Assembly: GCA_048772705.1 (NCBI GenBank)
Contig: JBLWGC010000104.1
Span: 186,001 to 250,000, forward strand
Length of the DNA: 64,000 bases
Source of the DNA: Leidyana gryllorum EB-2025a
Lineage: Eukaryota; Protista; Apicomplexa
Reading direction: 5' to 3'
Under the pieces are notes generated by a model. The model had not been told where the DNA came from. It made no database searches and saw only the letters and a list, made by a program, of their open reading frames with translations. The translations under genes and the position numbers were made by a program. This document shows, piece after piece, positions 1 to 14,116 of the stretch (position 1 is its first letter; every line of letters starts with the position of its first letter).

Positions 1-65
1 GTGATCAGACTTTACTCGCACTGGGGTTTATACTTTACAAAGAGTGATATAGGCCGCCATTCCGG

Positions 66-632
66 TCACGTGATTCGCAACGAGTGGCAGACGGGTGGTT
101 TGGCTTTCGTGCGTTCGCAGGGTTGTCGAAGGAGGCCATCGCCGATGAGAACATAGTCGGTATCACGCCAGCGGAGCTTGAAATGGGTGCCTTTCTTGAG
201 AAGTCGGACAACTCGTGGTTTGGGATGTTGCTTCTGCACCATCATGAGTTGCTCAGTTTCATCAACGATAACGCCCTGGACGTTGAGATATGAGGGATTT
301 TTGGAGGCGATGATCTGAACAACAGCTCCAACGAGCTCGATTTTGCGTAGAAAAGTGAGGACCAACGGGGGTGAGAGGCTTCCGAGCGCTTGGTTGGCAA
401 AGTGTACCCAGCTCGAGGTGAGGAAGTCGATGCTCTTCTGAGTGAGGGGCGCTGGTTGAGTTCTAATTAGGGGGGGTAATGTGTGGTCCTTTTTTCGGAT
501 AGTGGGCTGGGAGGTGGAATCTTGTTGTTGATTTGGGTCATTTGGTCGTCTGTTTCCCAACCATAGACGGGTATGGTGACTTTTGCGAGTGGCGAAAGCT
601 TGTTCGTTCTGAGCAGTCAGGAATAGACTCAT
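66..632 (-). CDS. POP4: RNase P/MRP subunit p29 (POP4/Rpp29)
   Basis: C-terminal KIELVGAVVQIIASKNPSYLNVQGVIVDETEQ...LIGDGLLRQPCERTK matches the Rpp29 fold pattern; single exon. Confidence 0.85.
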   Translation of the reverse strand: MSLFLTAQNEQAFATRKSHHTRLWLGNRRPNDPNQQQDSTSQPTIRKKDHTLPPLIRTQPAPLTQKSIDFLTSSWVHFANQALGSLSPPLVLTFLRKIELVGAVVQIIASKNPSYLNVQGVIVDETEQLMMVQKQHPKPRVVRLLKKGTHFKLRWRDTDYVLIGDGLLRQPCERTKAKPPVCHSLRIT

Positions 633-673
633 TGATTTGGAAGGAGAAAAAAAGACTATCCTTAACTTGGCTC

Positions 674-1862
674 TTAGTTTTTGACTATCTGCACTACATC
701 CTCATCACACAAGACGTGCTCCTTGCCGACCTGCGTTGGATGAAGGGTAAAATACGCTTTGGGGACGTACCTTTTGGGGATTGTGTTTCACAGATTCCCC
801 CCAGACCAGAGCGTATTTGAACTCGTCTAGGAGTTGTTTGTGGATGCGGAGACAAAAGTCTGCGATGGTGGTCTTGCCTCTCTTGAGAATGACGGGTGCG
901 TTGTAGTCAGGGATTTGGCCTCGCGGTTTGGTGTAGATACGGACGAGATCGAGATAGGCCCAGATTCGTTCCACGAGTCCGTCGAGATTCCACTCCAGAT
1001 GTGCAGAAATAGGGACGTAGTGGGGGCACTTGGACAGGAGGTCCAATTCTTCAATGGTGATTTGATCTATCTTGTTGAGTACGTAGAGGCAGGGGATATA
1101 AATCCGGTTGCCTTCAATGACATCGATGATATCATCAGCAGTGGCGTTGCATCGAATGTTGAAGCTCGCGTTCGACACTTTGTACTCGTGGCAAATGGAC
1201 TTGATGGTCTCTTCGTCAATGTGTTTGAGGGGCACCGTACTTGTGACATTGATTCCACCCTTCTCCTTCCGTTTAAAGGTGATATTGGGCGGCTCCTTGT
1301 TGAGACGGATTCCAAACCCTTCCAACTCACGCTCAATCAAGCGCTTGTGCGTCAGAGGCTTCATCGAATCCAACACAATCAAAATGAGCCCACAAGTACG
1401 GGCAACGGCAATGACTTGTTTACCACGACCCTTGCCGTCTTTAGCCCCCTCAATGATACCCGGAAGGTCAAGCAGCTGGACCTTAGCGCCCTTGTAGTGA
1501 AACACACCAGGCACACAAGTCAAGGTTGTGAATTCATAAGCTGCTACTTCCGAGAATTGACCCGTCAGCTTTGTCAGCAAAGTCGATTTTCCGACAGAAG
1601 GGAAACCAATAAGGCCCACACGGGCATCTCCAGTCTTCATAACATCGAAACCCTCGCCACCACCGCCTCCACGTCCGGTGCCTCCATCTATCTGTACTCA
1701 CGTGTATATTGGAACCACCTCTTTATTCATTCAACTTACGAGCTGCTGACGAAGTTTGGCGAGTTTAGCCTTGAGAAGACCGATATGGAAGTTTGTCGCC
1801 TTATTCTTCTGGGTACGGGCGATTTCACCCTCAATCTCGGCAATCTTGGCCAGCGTGCTCAT
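674..1862 (-). CDS. DRG1: Developmentally regulated GTP-binding protein 1 (OBG family, TGS domain); 2 introns
   Basis: Exon 1 [23 protein letters not shown]; GFPSVGKS P-loop, DLPG, NKID; ends EDVVQIVKN*; introns about 1693-1740 and about 733-770. Confidence 0.95.
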
Positions 1863-1894
1863 CTTGTGCTACTTAAAAAAATTCAACTCCACCC

Positions 1895-4341
1895 ATGTAC
1901 GATGACGCTATCGGCACAGCTCCTTCAATCAACAATACCGAGTCCTCCACCACTTTAGAAAACCGTCAATTCCAATGCCCTGATGGTAAGTGCGCTCCCC
2001 TATCCCACTCTATCATATCGCATCAGGATCCAATATCACCTTCCGCAACTTAATCGGCAAGGGAGCCACGGGAGCCGTATATCGCTGCGAGCGTACAACT
2101 CCTGATGGCGAACAGACACTCAGCCTCGCCGCTAAGGTGAGTTAAATATCGTGATAAAACATCAAACTACATATTTCAGGTCGTGGATGTCCGTAAAATG
2201 ATGATGTTCCCGTCCTTCGAACGAGAGAGAGATAAATTAAAGCGAGAGGTCGCCATCCTTGCGAGCATCAGTCACACCGGAGTTGTCAACCTCCATGGTG
2301 TTATCGATACTTCAGACATGTTGGTCTTGCTGATGGATCTCGTACCTGGGGGTGAACTCTTCAATAAAGTTCTGGAAGCTGGGGCTTTTACAGAACTCAG
2401 AGCCCGCTATGTTTTCGTCCAGATCGCCACAACGCTCAAGTTTTTACACAGTGAAAGTGTCATACATCGAGATCTCAAGCTGGTAAGTCCTACAAATGTG
2501 TGTGCACACACAATCGCCACCTCCAGGAGAATGTTCTGGTGGAATCGGAGCCCGCTGCTGGTTTCTATCATGTCAAAGTGGCAGACTTTGGCCTCTCCAA
2601 ACTGCTCAACACCGGATTCACTCAGGCGCGAAGTTATGTGGGAACTCCTCAATACTGGGCACCTGAGGTGATCCAAGCATCCCGAATTGGGACCTCCTAC
2701 TCCTTCGAAGCCGATATCTGGTCGTTGGGATGTCTGCTATACGTGATGCTGGGCGGCACCTATCCCTTCAACAGCGAACAAGACGTCCTGGAGGCTAATT
2801 TCCACTTCCGATATGAGCGATTTCTATATGTCTCCGAGGATGTACTGACATTGATTCGGGAGATGCTCGTGGTTGAGCCCAGTCAGCGCATTACTCTGGA
2901 TAAGATCTTGGCGTCCAAGTGGTGTACGGCTCCCTGGCCCGAAGAGGTACCACCTTTACCAGAACAACGTCAGACTTCACGAAAGCCCATTGTGATGAAC
3001 GTTGGTCCGATAATCGTCGGGGCGAAGTCGCTGGGGGCGAATTTGAAGGCCATAGTTCCTGCTACGGCGCCTCCTTTGCAGCCGAAGGAGAAGCTGTCCC
3101 CTCCGGCTTCAATGACGGAGTTTGATAAATCTGTTCTACGACTCTTTGACGCTAAGACTATGCTGGAGTTGGTTGCCAGCGTCTTCTACCGATTCCACAA
3201 GGCATCATTGTTGTTTCGAGGCGACATGAAATTGCAGAAGGAGTTCCACAATATGCTGCAGGATATGCGAGACCTTTGTTTGGGAACTGAGAAGGTATTC
3301 CGCAAGTTCCAAGTGACCTGTAACTCGGTGCTTGACACCATCGAAGACACTAAACGATTGACGGAAGACGGGCGAGCGGATGCGGCTTTGGCAGTTTTGG
3401 AGAGTCTAAAGCTATGGACAAAAGAGGTTTTGGATGATGGGTCCGAGATGCGTCGCAAGTTTATGTTATACACCAAGCAAGCTGGGGACCTCGTTCTGTA
3501 CACCCGCGAAAGAGGTATAAACGCAGCGCAGGGTCCCCCAGGTACTTTGGGGGGCGCTGCCATCACAAACGCCTTGCCGGCTCCGCACGCTTGTTTGGCT
3601 CTGTCTGATAAGAGCAACACCGGAAGCACTAAGGGCAGCACCGATCAGTCCTCGTCCCCGCAGAGATGGGAGTCTCAAGACATGCGGAAGCCCCGGCAAG
3701 CTGCTGACGCCTATGACAAAGAGCGTACACGAATATTCGACGAGGTGTCAAAGTGCTCTGTCAAGTTGGAAGACTGTCCAAAGGACGAGACTTCGCAGGA
3801 GGTTGCCAGACGACTGCTCGATTTCCTCTTCGTACCCTCAGAAGTCGTGGAGTCAGTGTGCGCTGGCTGCGAGAGCACTCCAGATGAATTCTGGACTGCT
3901 CCTCCAGCCACCACGATGCCTCCAGACGATGAGATGAAGACTGAGGACGACTCATCAACCACTGTTCCGACTGTTCCAGCCCCCCACCAGCCGACAAACT
4001 GGGAGAAAACTCAGGTGTTGATTGGAGGTGTGCAGGAACTGCAGAAAATAAACTTCATACTGGAACAATGCACAGCCTTCTGGGATAATATGGATGTCAG
4101 TCTCAGCCTGGTTACCAAGTTCAGAGATCAAGCGTCTGTCTTGCTGCAGATTCGCGATCATAAAGGCTTCACTGGCCGTCTCCAACGCTACGAAGATTTC
4201 TGGCGTCAGCTAGGGGCACAGTGCGATATCTTCGTAGCCGAGACGGCTAGACAAACTGAACTTATGAGGAAGTTCGTTGACGCCTTCAATGAATCGATGG
4301 TAAGAAGCAGCGACAATGAAAAGGCTTTTGGTCAATCTTAG
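1895..4341 (+). CDS. Ser/Thr protein kinase (CAMK group) with long C-terminal helical domain; 3 introns
   Basis: Spliced MYDDAIG...IGKGATGAVY, AAK, HRDLKLEN, DFG, GTPQYWAPE, DIWSLG; introns 1986-2026, about 2137-2179, about 2483-2526. Confidence 0.85.
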
Positions 4342-4429
4342 TCTCTTTCTCTCTTAGATTCGCGCACAAGTACCGCGCGACGAAGCTGTACCCAGTTCAT
4401 AGGCTGCTATATATTTCTCAAAAAAGCGC

Positions 4430-6733
<2,304 letters not shown>

Positions 6734-6836
6734 CTAAAGAAGACTTTTTGGAGGTGGAAGAGAGCAACGGATAAAAGCTCTTGGGATTAGATCACCTCAA
6801 TTTTTTCCCAAGCGCGTCCCGCTCCCTATCTACACA

Positions 6837-7340
6837 CTAATCCAGGCTGTTTCCTTCCAGATCCGTTGCTATCACCTCAGTCGATATAGCCAACCACTGA
6901 ACACACTTCTTCACTAAAGCCCCTTTTCCGTCATCAAATGCAGACTCAGCAGATTCCGCCTCTCGCCAAGCGCAATGAATAAAACAGCTCTTCAACCGAT
7001 CCCACCAATCGGTACTCCGTGCCACACTGGACATCATTGCTATTTCCGGACCACTCAACCCTTTCCGCACGCACACTAAGCGTGGACCCGCTAGATTCTC
7101 AGCTGGACCCACCACGCTCACACGACGACCGCAGGAAACCACTTCCATCGTCATGGAATCGATCACGTCGCCGATGGAGCGAGCTATCTTGTAACGACCT
7201 CCTTCTGACATGAAGATCTCGGCTTCCTCTCGTGCAATGTCTATGTGGCTCCGGGATGCCGTCGTCGGCAGTACAACCTGAGCCAAATGTCTTGGTGCCC
7301 AAATCTTCTGTAATCACAATCTCACCGAAATGCAACGCAT
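6837..7340 (-). CDS. Hypothetical protein (about 150 aa), one intron
   Basis: ATG at 7340 (MRCIS) splices via GTGAGA...CTCAG into the 149-aa ORF frame; no recognisable domain. Confidence 0.55.
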
Positions 7341-7377
7341 AGCTCGACTTTGAGTCCTGACCGCCCCTGCGCGCGTA

Positions 7378-7391
7378 CACACACGTGTGTG
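7378..7391. promoter_or_regulatory. Palindrome CACACACGTGTGTG (recurrent motif; best example)
   Basis: 14-bp perfect palindrome 38 bp upstream of ATG 7340; core ACACGTGT recurs in at least 6 other non-coding sites. Confidence 0.45.
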
Positions 7392-7397
7392 ATACAA

Positions 7398-10300
7398 TCA
7401 CATTGCTTGCGACATCCGTCGTAACTGTTCCAAATCGCTTTGGAACTCATCAAATGTCACAGGCTGGTATAGCTCGCCACTTCCGTCAACACGCTTCTCA
7501 ACCATAAGACTGCGATAGGCAAAGATGCGAGGATGTTCAGATTGGTTCCCTCACTCTAGAAATCTGGTGTGAAGCTTTCGCTGCCAGTCGATGGGACTCT
7601 GCAGCACATATGGCACCAGCGTGCCGTCTATAATTCCCTCGGAGGGCAACTCCTTGCCATTGACGAAGATGTCCCGCCCGCGGGATGTGCTGAAGCCGCC
7701 CAAGAAGCCGCCCATTTGACTGATAGCTTCGGAGAGCACTTGAAGATTCCTGTAAGCCACCTTATCCACAACAGGCGTCAGCAATCCGATTGATCCCTCG
7801 CACGTAGCCCAATACACCACTTTTAGGGAATCTTCTTGTCCAAAGACGTCGAAAAGCCTGGAGAAAGACAAGTTAGGATGAAGTGGTGAAGATCGATTAC
7901 TGACCCTTTACGCCCCTGTGCGGTTTTGAGTTTCGTTGGCTTGAGGTAAGACGTTCGAAGTTGGTTGACTTGTTCATTCACTCTGATCCAAGCGACATGC
8001 TCCAACTGGTATTCATTTCCATAGCGCAACGACGGTATCTCCCATCTTTTGACTACCCATAGATGCCGAGAATCGTCCCCGACAATGTATGTACTGTCAT
8101 CCAGGGCTGTCATTGACACCACGGCGATACAGTTCAGATCATGGGCCGCTTCAGAGACTTCGAACTGCATAGGAAACAAGGCGTTGCTGCGCAGAATAAT
8201 CGGCTTTTGCTTACCTCGGTGCCGCCCAAATGAGTGATGGCTATCAAGCCCACCGACCGCTGCGCATCCCCCACCAGAATGTGACTGACAAGTTCACCAT
8301 TCGGAAGTTTTTGTTGTCCACTGCATTTCGGGAACGCTGTCCATCACAATACTGGTGTCATTTTTCTCACCATGGTGTTATGGCGACAATATGATTGTAC
8401 ATCAGCGCGCTTGTGATCATCGTCATCGAAAAGTGGTACTTTCTTGACGACTCGCTCTCGCCAGCGCTTCCTTCCCCTCTCGCTAGACGATAAACACACA
8501 CCAAGTTGTATACTCCAGCGACGACTAGATCTGCAACACCGCAAATGGCTTGAACACTATCAAAGGTCTCTTCGTATGTGTGGCATGTGAGGTGGTACTG
8601 GGTTTCTGGTGTCTGATACATCCGATCGTGCGCAAGGCGGATACGCTCCCCAAGCTTACCTCATCCATTGACGTCTCTTCGCTTATAGAGACGATCCGTA
8701 TCCGTCCGGTATTGGTATGAGGTGCCTCAAGATCAGTCTCGGAACCCTGCTCGATCGTCGTGCCCAAACCAATCAGCTCTTCTCCGTAAGCATTGATGAC
8801 ACTCAGGGCAGTTGGTATCTCGCACTCATTGAGTTCTACACCAGTCACATGAGTGATTGGTCCTAATGTGTGAGTTCAGCTTACGGATCTTTTCAATGAT
8901 CTCAAGCGGAGCTGTAGCGTCCGCCTGAGGTTTGAGAAGTAGGAGACACCCTCGACCAACAGTGGCAGCATCCTGACGATCGCTTTGCTTTTTCATACGA
9001 GACGGCGCTGCAGACGAATCGTAGCATTCTCGGATAGGATCTAACTCCATTCCCGCTGCCACCAATAACCCTTTTGACTCCAGTGATACCACGCTACAAA
9101 GGGTACACACGTGTGTGGTAGGGATGAGAGTGCGTCTTGGCTTACTGTTCAACGGCAAAACCCGTGCCGGTGGCGGCTGTTCGACACCTATGAGGGTCTC
9201 GATCGATGAACCCCAAACGTAGCTCCCCGTTGGAGGTTATCCACATGACCAACATTTCATCGGATCCTGCTTGAGCCGCCTTAACTACCCCTGGCCACTG
9301 TAGAGCGCAAAGTGCCACCGCTCCTGTGGTGAGGTCCGTGGCTCGCATGGAAATCAAATTGACAGAGTCGGACGATATCATCTGGGCGTGAGCCCCCAAG
9401 GCCACAATCTGCTCGCTGGCAAGGCGGACAAATGCGTGAGTCTTATTGATTAGAGACCGACGGACTGGGACTACGGGAGGTCTATCAGCGTCGGTGATGA
9501 CCAGTGCCTCGGGTGGAAGACTGAGGGTGATAAGATCGCCATTGGTGTCCGCCACCATCAGTGTAATCTCCGCATTCTCAGGATAACGTAAAAAAGCGAC
9601 CGCCGCCCCCATACAGTCTCCTCGGTCATCAGGCAAACGTCCATGACGAAGAGTGATGCTTGGATCGTTCAAATTGATACGCCGAACTAATGTCAGCAGA
9701 TCTCCTTGCTGCTTGGTTTTGTCTGTGAAAATATCAATCACAGGCTCGGTGGCGTGAGCACAGGCAATGAACGAGTCAATCGTTGTCAGCGTGTTCAGTT
9801 GATACTGAAGAGAGCGAGGGCATGCCGAGTGGGAGTGAGGAAGCCAGTCTTACATCCAATTTATGAACTCCGATGATCTCCATTTCGTTGTTGAGGTTCA
9901 CCAAAGTCGAGTTACCGCCCGCCTTGCACAAACCCAGCCATAACGAGCTGGTAATCCCTGCGCCTGCTACACTTCCCCACTCACTACAACACCGAGAGAA
10001 GTGTGTATCGGTTGACGCATGATGCTTGCTTACCCGAGTTCGCATTGTGCAATCAACGTATATTCTTTCGTCTCCAGCATTCGAGCACTCCTTTCTAAGA
10101 CTTGAACGGTACAATCATTGAATGACAGAATATCTACAGTGGGACGGGATACTATTAGATCACAAATGTCCGATTGGACCGCTTCCACTGTCACATCCAA
10201 TCCTTTGCTGCTGCTCGCTTGTTCATTTTGACTTGTCATCCGCAACAAAGTCGATGGCCCGGAACAGCCCGAGAGTAATACTCCGAGTATCTTGTCATCA

Positions 10301-12057
10301 GCATATGGCACATAGTGAATCCTCGAGTAGGGACATTTGCCAGGCCACTGGGTCAATACTGTGGACTTCGCGCCGGGTAGAACTACCTTCAAACTACCCT
10401 GTCCATTGATGCCACCGGCTACGACCATTTGCGGTGTGTTGACAACAAAGTCCAATAAAGGCGCCAAACTATCATTTCTGTCCGCGACAGTAAGATTCTG
10501 GCGATTTGAACATTACCATAGCACACGTGTGTGCGACTGCTTACTTGGCGACTTTCGTCAAAGCGTAACAGAAAAGAGTCACCGCACGGCGCTGCCAGAT
10601 ACAAAGCGTTATCAATGGGCACCATTGAAGCCGCAGGAGAATAAGTCCCGAGCCAGCGGGTTTGGACCATTTTACCAGTCTCCAATCGATCTAAGAAGCA
10701 GCATTGACGGCATGAACGGTCGAAGGTGGCATACCTCTATTATAGGTCACTTGCAGCAGACGGCCGTCTTCATCTGACACACACCAGACATTCTCAGACA
10801 GTTGTGTGACGCATTCCTGTAAGGATCTGTTGGGCGGCAGGTATGACGATGGCCACTCACAATGACGGACAATTTCACAGCCAACTCGAGACCGCAGATG
10901 CGTGACCAATTCTCGACGTTTTCATCCCACCGCACAACAACAGCTTCCTGAGCCCCCAGCACAATTATTGTCCCGTCTGTGGCGTCCAAGGTGGCTCCGG
11001 TAGCAGAGTGTATTGGGAGTTTGAGTACTTTCGAAGCCTTCATGTCCTCTGTGGAGATAATCTGTGTATCTCCCAACTCAACTATCCGGAGCTGGAGCGG
11101 TTGGTCTCGACAATCGACACATTGCGCGATTCTGGCCTCGATGGCCATATCGGGGAGAGAGCTAAAGAGAATTGCAATTTGAAGAGGGGCGATTCGGTCC
11201 TCTGCCCAAAAGTCCTCTTGACTGTCGCTTCTCAGGGGTCTGGAAGTGGACGTATTGCGAGCGGATTTGTTCTGATTGGCCCCAGCCATGACCCGTTTAG
11301 TGCGCTGTTTGGTGAGCGGTATGGGACTCTGAACAAAGCAGAAGCGCTGTATATCAGGTTCCACCAGTCTGAGGGGCGTTGAAGCTGTCCATGCCAAGGG
11401 ATAGAGTCGATTGATGGTGATGAACTCCACCTGTCCCTCATAAATATAGAGTAACAGTGCGCGGGCATGAGGGTCCAAAGCCGCCATGGGAGAGGTCATG
11501 GGGGTTGAGAGTCCTGGGGACAAGCAGTCGAGCTCAGCCATGCAGCGGATGACTACTTTGTCAACGTGGACAGCGAACAGACAGAGAGTATATCTCTCAG
11601 TTAGCATTATGAAAGCGTCTCCGAGGACGTCAAAGTCTTCAGTCCAATGGTTCGTTGGTTTACGAGTCTTCTCAACACAATAACGAATGCTAGGAGCCAC
11701 TCCACTGATTTCATGGGGGCTCTTATATTTCTTGAGGGCATCCAGGTCGAGCCCATTCGCTTTAGCTTGCGCTTGCCAGTTGGTCGGAGTCTCGTACTCC
11801 CATATCCGCAAGACAACATCGTTCACCTTGAGGCTTCGCATACGATTGAAGTGCAAACGGGGTCCTTCTTCGTCGTCATAACTCAATGGAACAATACATA
11901 GTGCTTGGGGAGTCGCGCATACCAGATGGTGTGGTCGATCGGCTTGAAGTACAGCTCCATCGGATCCTCTGACGGCCTTAAGCGGAACACATCCTCGGCT
12001 TGCCTGACTCCTGACACGCTCTAAGAGAAGAAACCCTGCCAACTCATCTGGCGGCAT
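7398..12057 (-). CDS. DDB1: DNA damage-binding protein 1-like beta-propeller (DDB1/CPSF1/SF3B3 family); many introns
   Basis: DPHARALLLYIYEGQV, APLLDFVV...GGINGQGSLKVV and C-terminal EGIIDGTLV resemble DDB1 segments; chain of minus-strand ORFs joined by GT-AG introns. Confidence 0.75.
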
Positions 12058-12083
12058 TCAGCTTTTTACACCAAACAGTCTTT

Positions 12084-13966
12084 CTACTCTTGCAAGAAAA
12101 GCGCCACTGGGGCATTTGTGAACGTGAATCCCGTCTGTGTAGCGTATTCGCCAGCTTGAGCAGGACGACAGAGCTCCACATCGTACTTTTCGTGCAGTTG
12201 CCCTGTCTCCAGGAAGGTTTCCTTCACATTCCGAATGAACCCTTCCTTAACCTTCCGCTCCAACTCAGGCCGGTCAAACAATCTCGCTGCCTCGGCTGTC
12301 CAATATTGCAACGGTCCCCATCCGAAAGGTTTATCCCATTGGTGTGAGGTCGCGTGCAGAGTCATGCGAACACCACAGCGAGCCAACAACTTGCCTTCCA
12401 CCATATCAAGTGTCTTTTGTGCCCGTTCAGGTTGAGCCTGCCCAAAGACTAGAGGGGCCACAGCAGCAGCAGAAATGTGTGGAGACATGGTGCCTTCGTC
12501 CCACATGAAATCGCTGTAAGTTCCCTGATCTTCATCCCAGAAATGTTTATTGATTACCACCGCCCGATCATTGGCCGCCTTCTTCATCAAATCTGCCTTC
12601 TCGGTGTCACCTGCCATTTCGTGCAGCTGACTGAGAACTGAGGCTGAATAGCCGAGTAGGGCGTTCAAATCCACGGGTGCGAACGCTGTGGTATGCAAAC
12701 AAGGAGTAGGCTCGCAATTGCGAGCGAACCTCGAGCTGAAGTCCCAGCCGGATTCGGCCGCCGCTCTGAAGGACACACGATTGTGTGTGGGGGGAGACGT
12801 GGGTACTGGACAAACTCACTGTATGTCTTCGAAGACCCTATCGGAGTCAGGGGGTGCGTGCTGGGCGCTTTCGACGTCCTCAAAGTAGGCTTCTGGACGG
12901 GGTCCACTATCATGGGCTCCACCATAGGTGGTGATGAGGCTACCATCTTCCAGGCGGAGTGACCGTCCTTTGGCGGTGTGCTCTCCTGGTTTACGTTCCC
13001 TGGCCCACCAGTCGTACTCTTTCTGAAGAGCCTCACGATAGCGGAGTCCGGCTTCTTGATCGACTTTGAGCAAGGCGCCCACCATCATGCCAAAGACAGG
13101 TGGTTGGGATCGTCCAACGTAGTAGTCACGGTTTCCGTTGAGGATGTAGCCGAATTTATCGATCTGATCGACAAAGTTGTCCATGATTTCGATTGCCCAT
13201 TCCAGCTTCTTTGGGTCGGTGATGAAGTAGAGGACGGCGAAGCCACTATCCCAATAGTAGGCCTCGCGAAAGCGTCCTCCCGGGACGATTCCGGGGTTGG
13301 GCAGAGGCAGAAGGGACGTTTCGGCATTGTTAGCATTGTCGAATTTGCGTCGCAGATGGGGCCAAAGGCGTTCGATGTACTCGAGCAGATCTTCTCCTTT
13401 GTCAGCGATGATATCATCAGCTATGAGCTCCGGGAACTACGAGGGAGAGAAAGATTGGGTTCGTGCGTGCGTCCGTCCGTATGTATATGTGTCCCTGTGC
13501 AGGGTTTGCTTACCTCAAAGTTGTCCAGTACGAATTTGGTGAGACTAAAGGAGGGGGCAGCGTGATCTAAAGTCGCATATTCTTTGATGATTTCATCGAT
13601 GGTTCGACGTAGCGGTATCATATCGCAGAAGGTTTTGGAGTCAGGGAAGAGTCGTTTGAGTTGCACGTCAGCGAAGAGTTGGCTAGGATAGAAGTGCGTG
13701 ACTCGGTGAAGGCCAGTGCCATTGTTGAGGAAAACACCGGCAGATTCTCGTTCCTGCACAGCCTTGCGTTGAACTTGCTCGCCGAGGTTATGGACGGCAT
13801 CTCCGGTCAGTGGAGCGTGCTCCTTGCGATGCAGGGCGGCGAAGTTCTCTCCCAAATTGTGTACTGCATTCCCAGTCAATGGTGGCTTAACAGCTTCCAG
13901 TCGACGGAACGCCTGAGCCCCCAAACAGATTCCTATCAGATAGGAGTACAGTAGTGAAACGATCAT
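12084..13966 (-). CDS. Secreted alpha,alpha-trehalase (GH37); 2 introns
   Basis: Signal peptide; FPDSKTFCD, PGGRFREAYYWDS, GNRDYYVGRSQPP, AAESGWDFSSR, QWDKPFGWGPLQ, EKYD, GEYATQTGF. Confidence 0.93.
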
Positions 13967-14116
13967 CTGAGCATTGAATTATTAAGTGTGTGCGTGCAAT
14001 TTGATTGTCGCATGGAGCAAATGTGCGTCTCCTGTCTTGAAGACTTGACTTGAAATAAATATCACATTCTCACTCTCCCATCACATTCTCACCTTTTCAT
14101 TGTTTACTATCACTCA

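Noticed and set aside
834-1958. 374-aa + strand ORF and many other long antisense ORFs (e.g. 59638-60486, 36919-37680)
   Set aside because: Shadows of well-supported genes on the opposite strand; no motifs of their own
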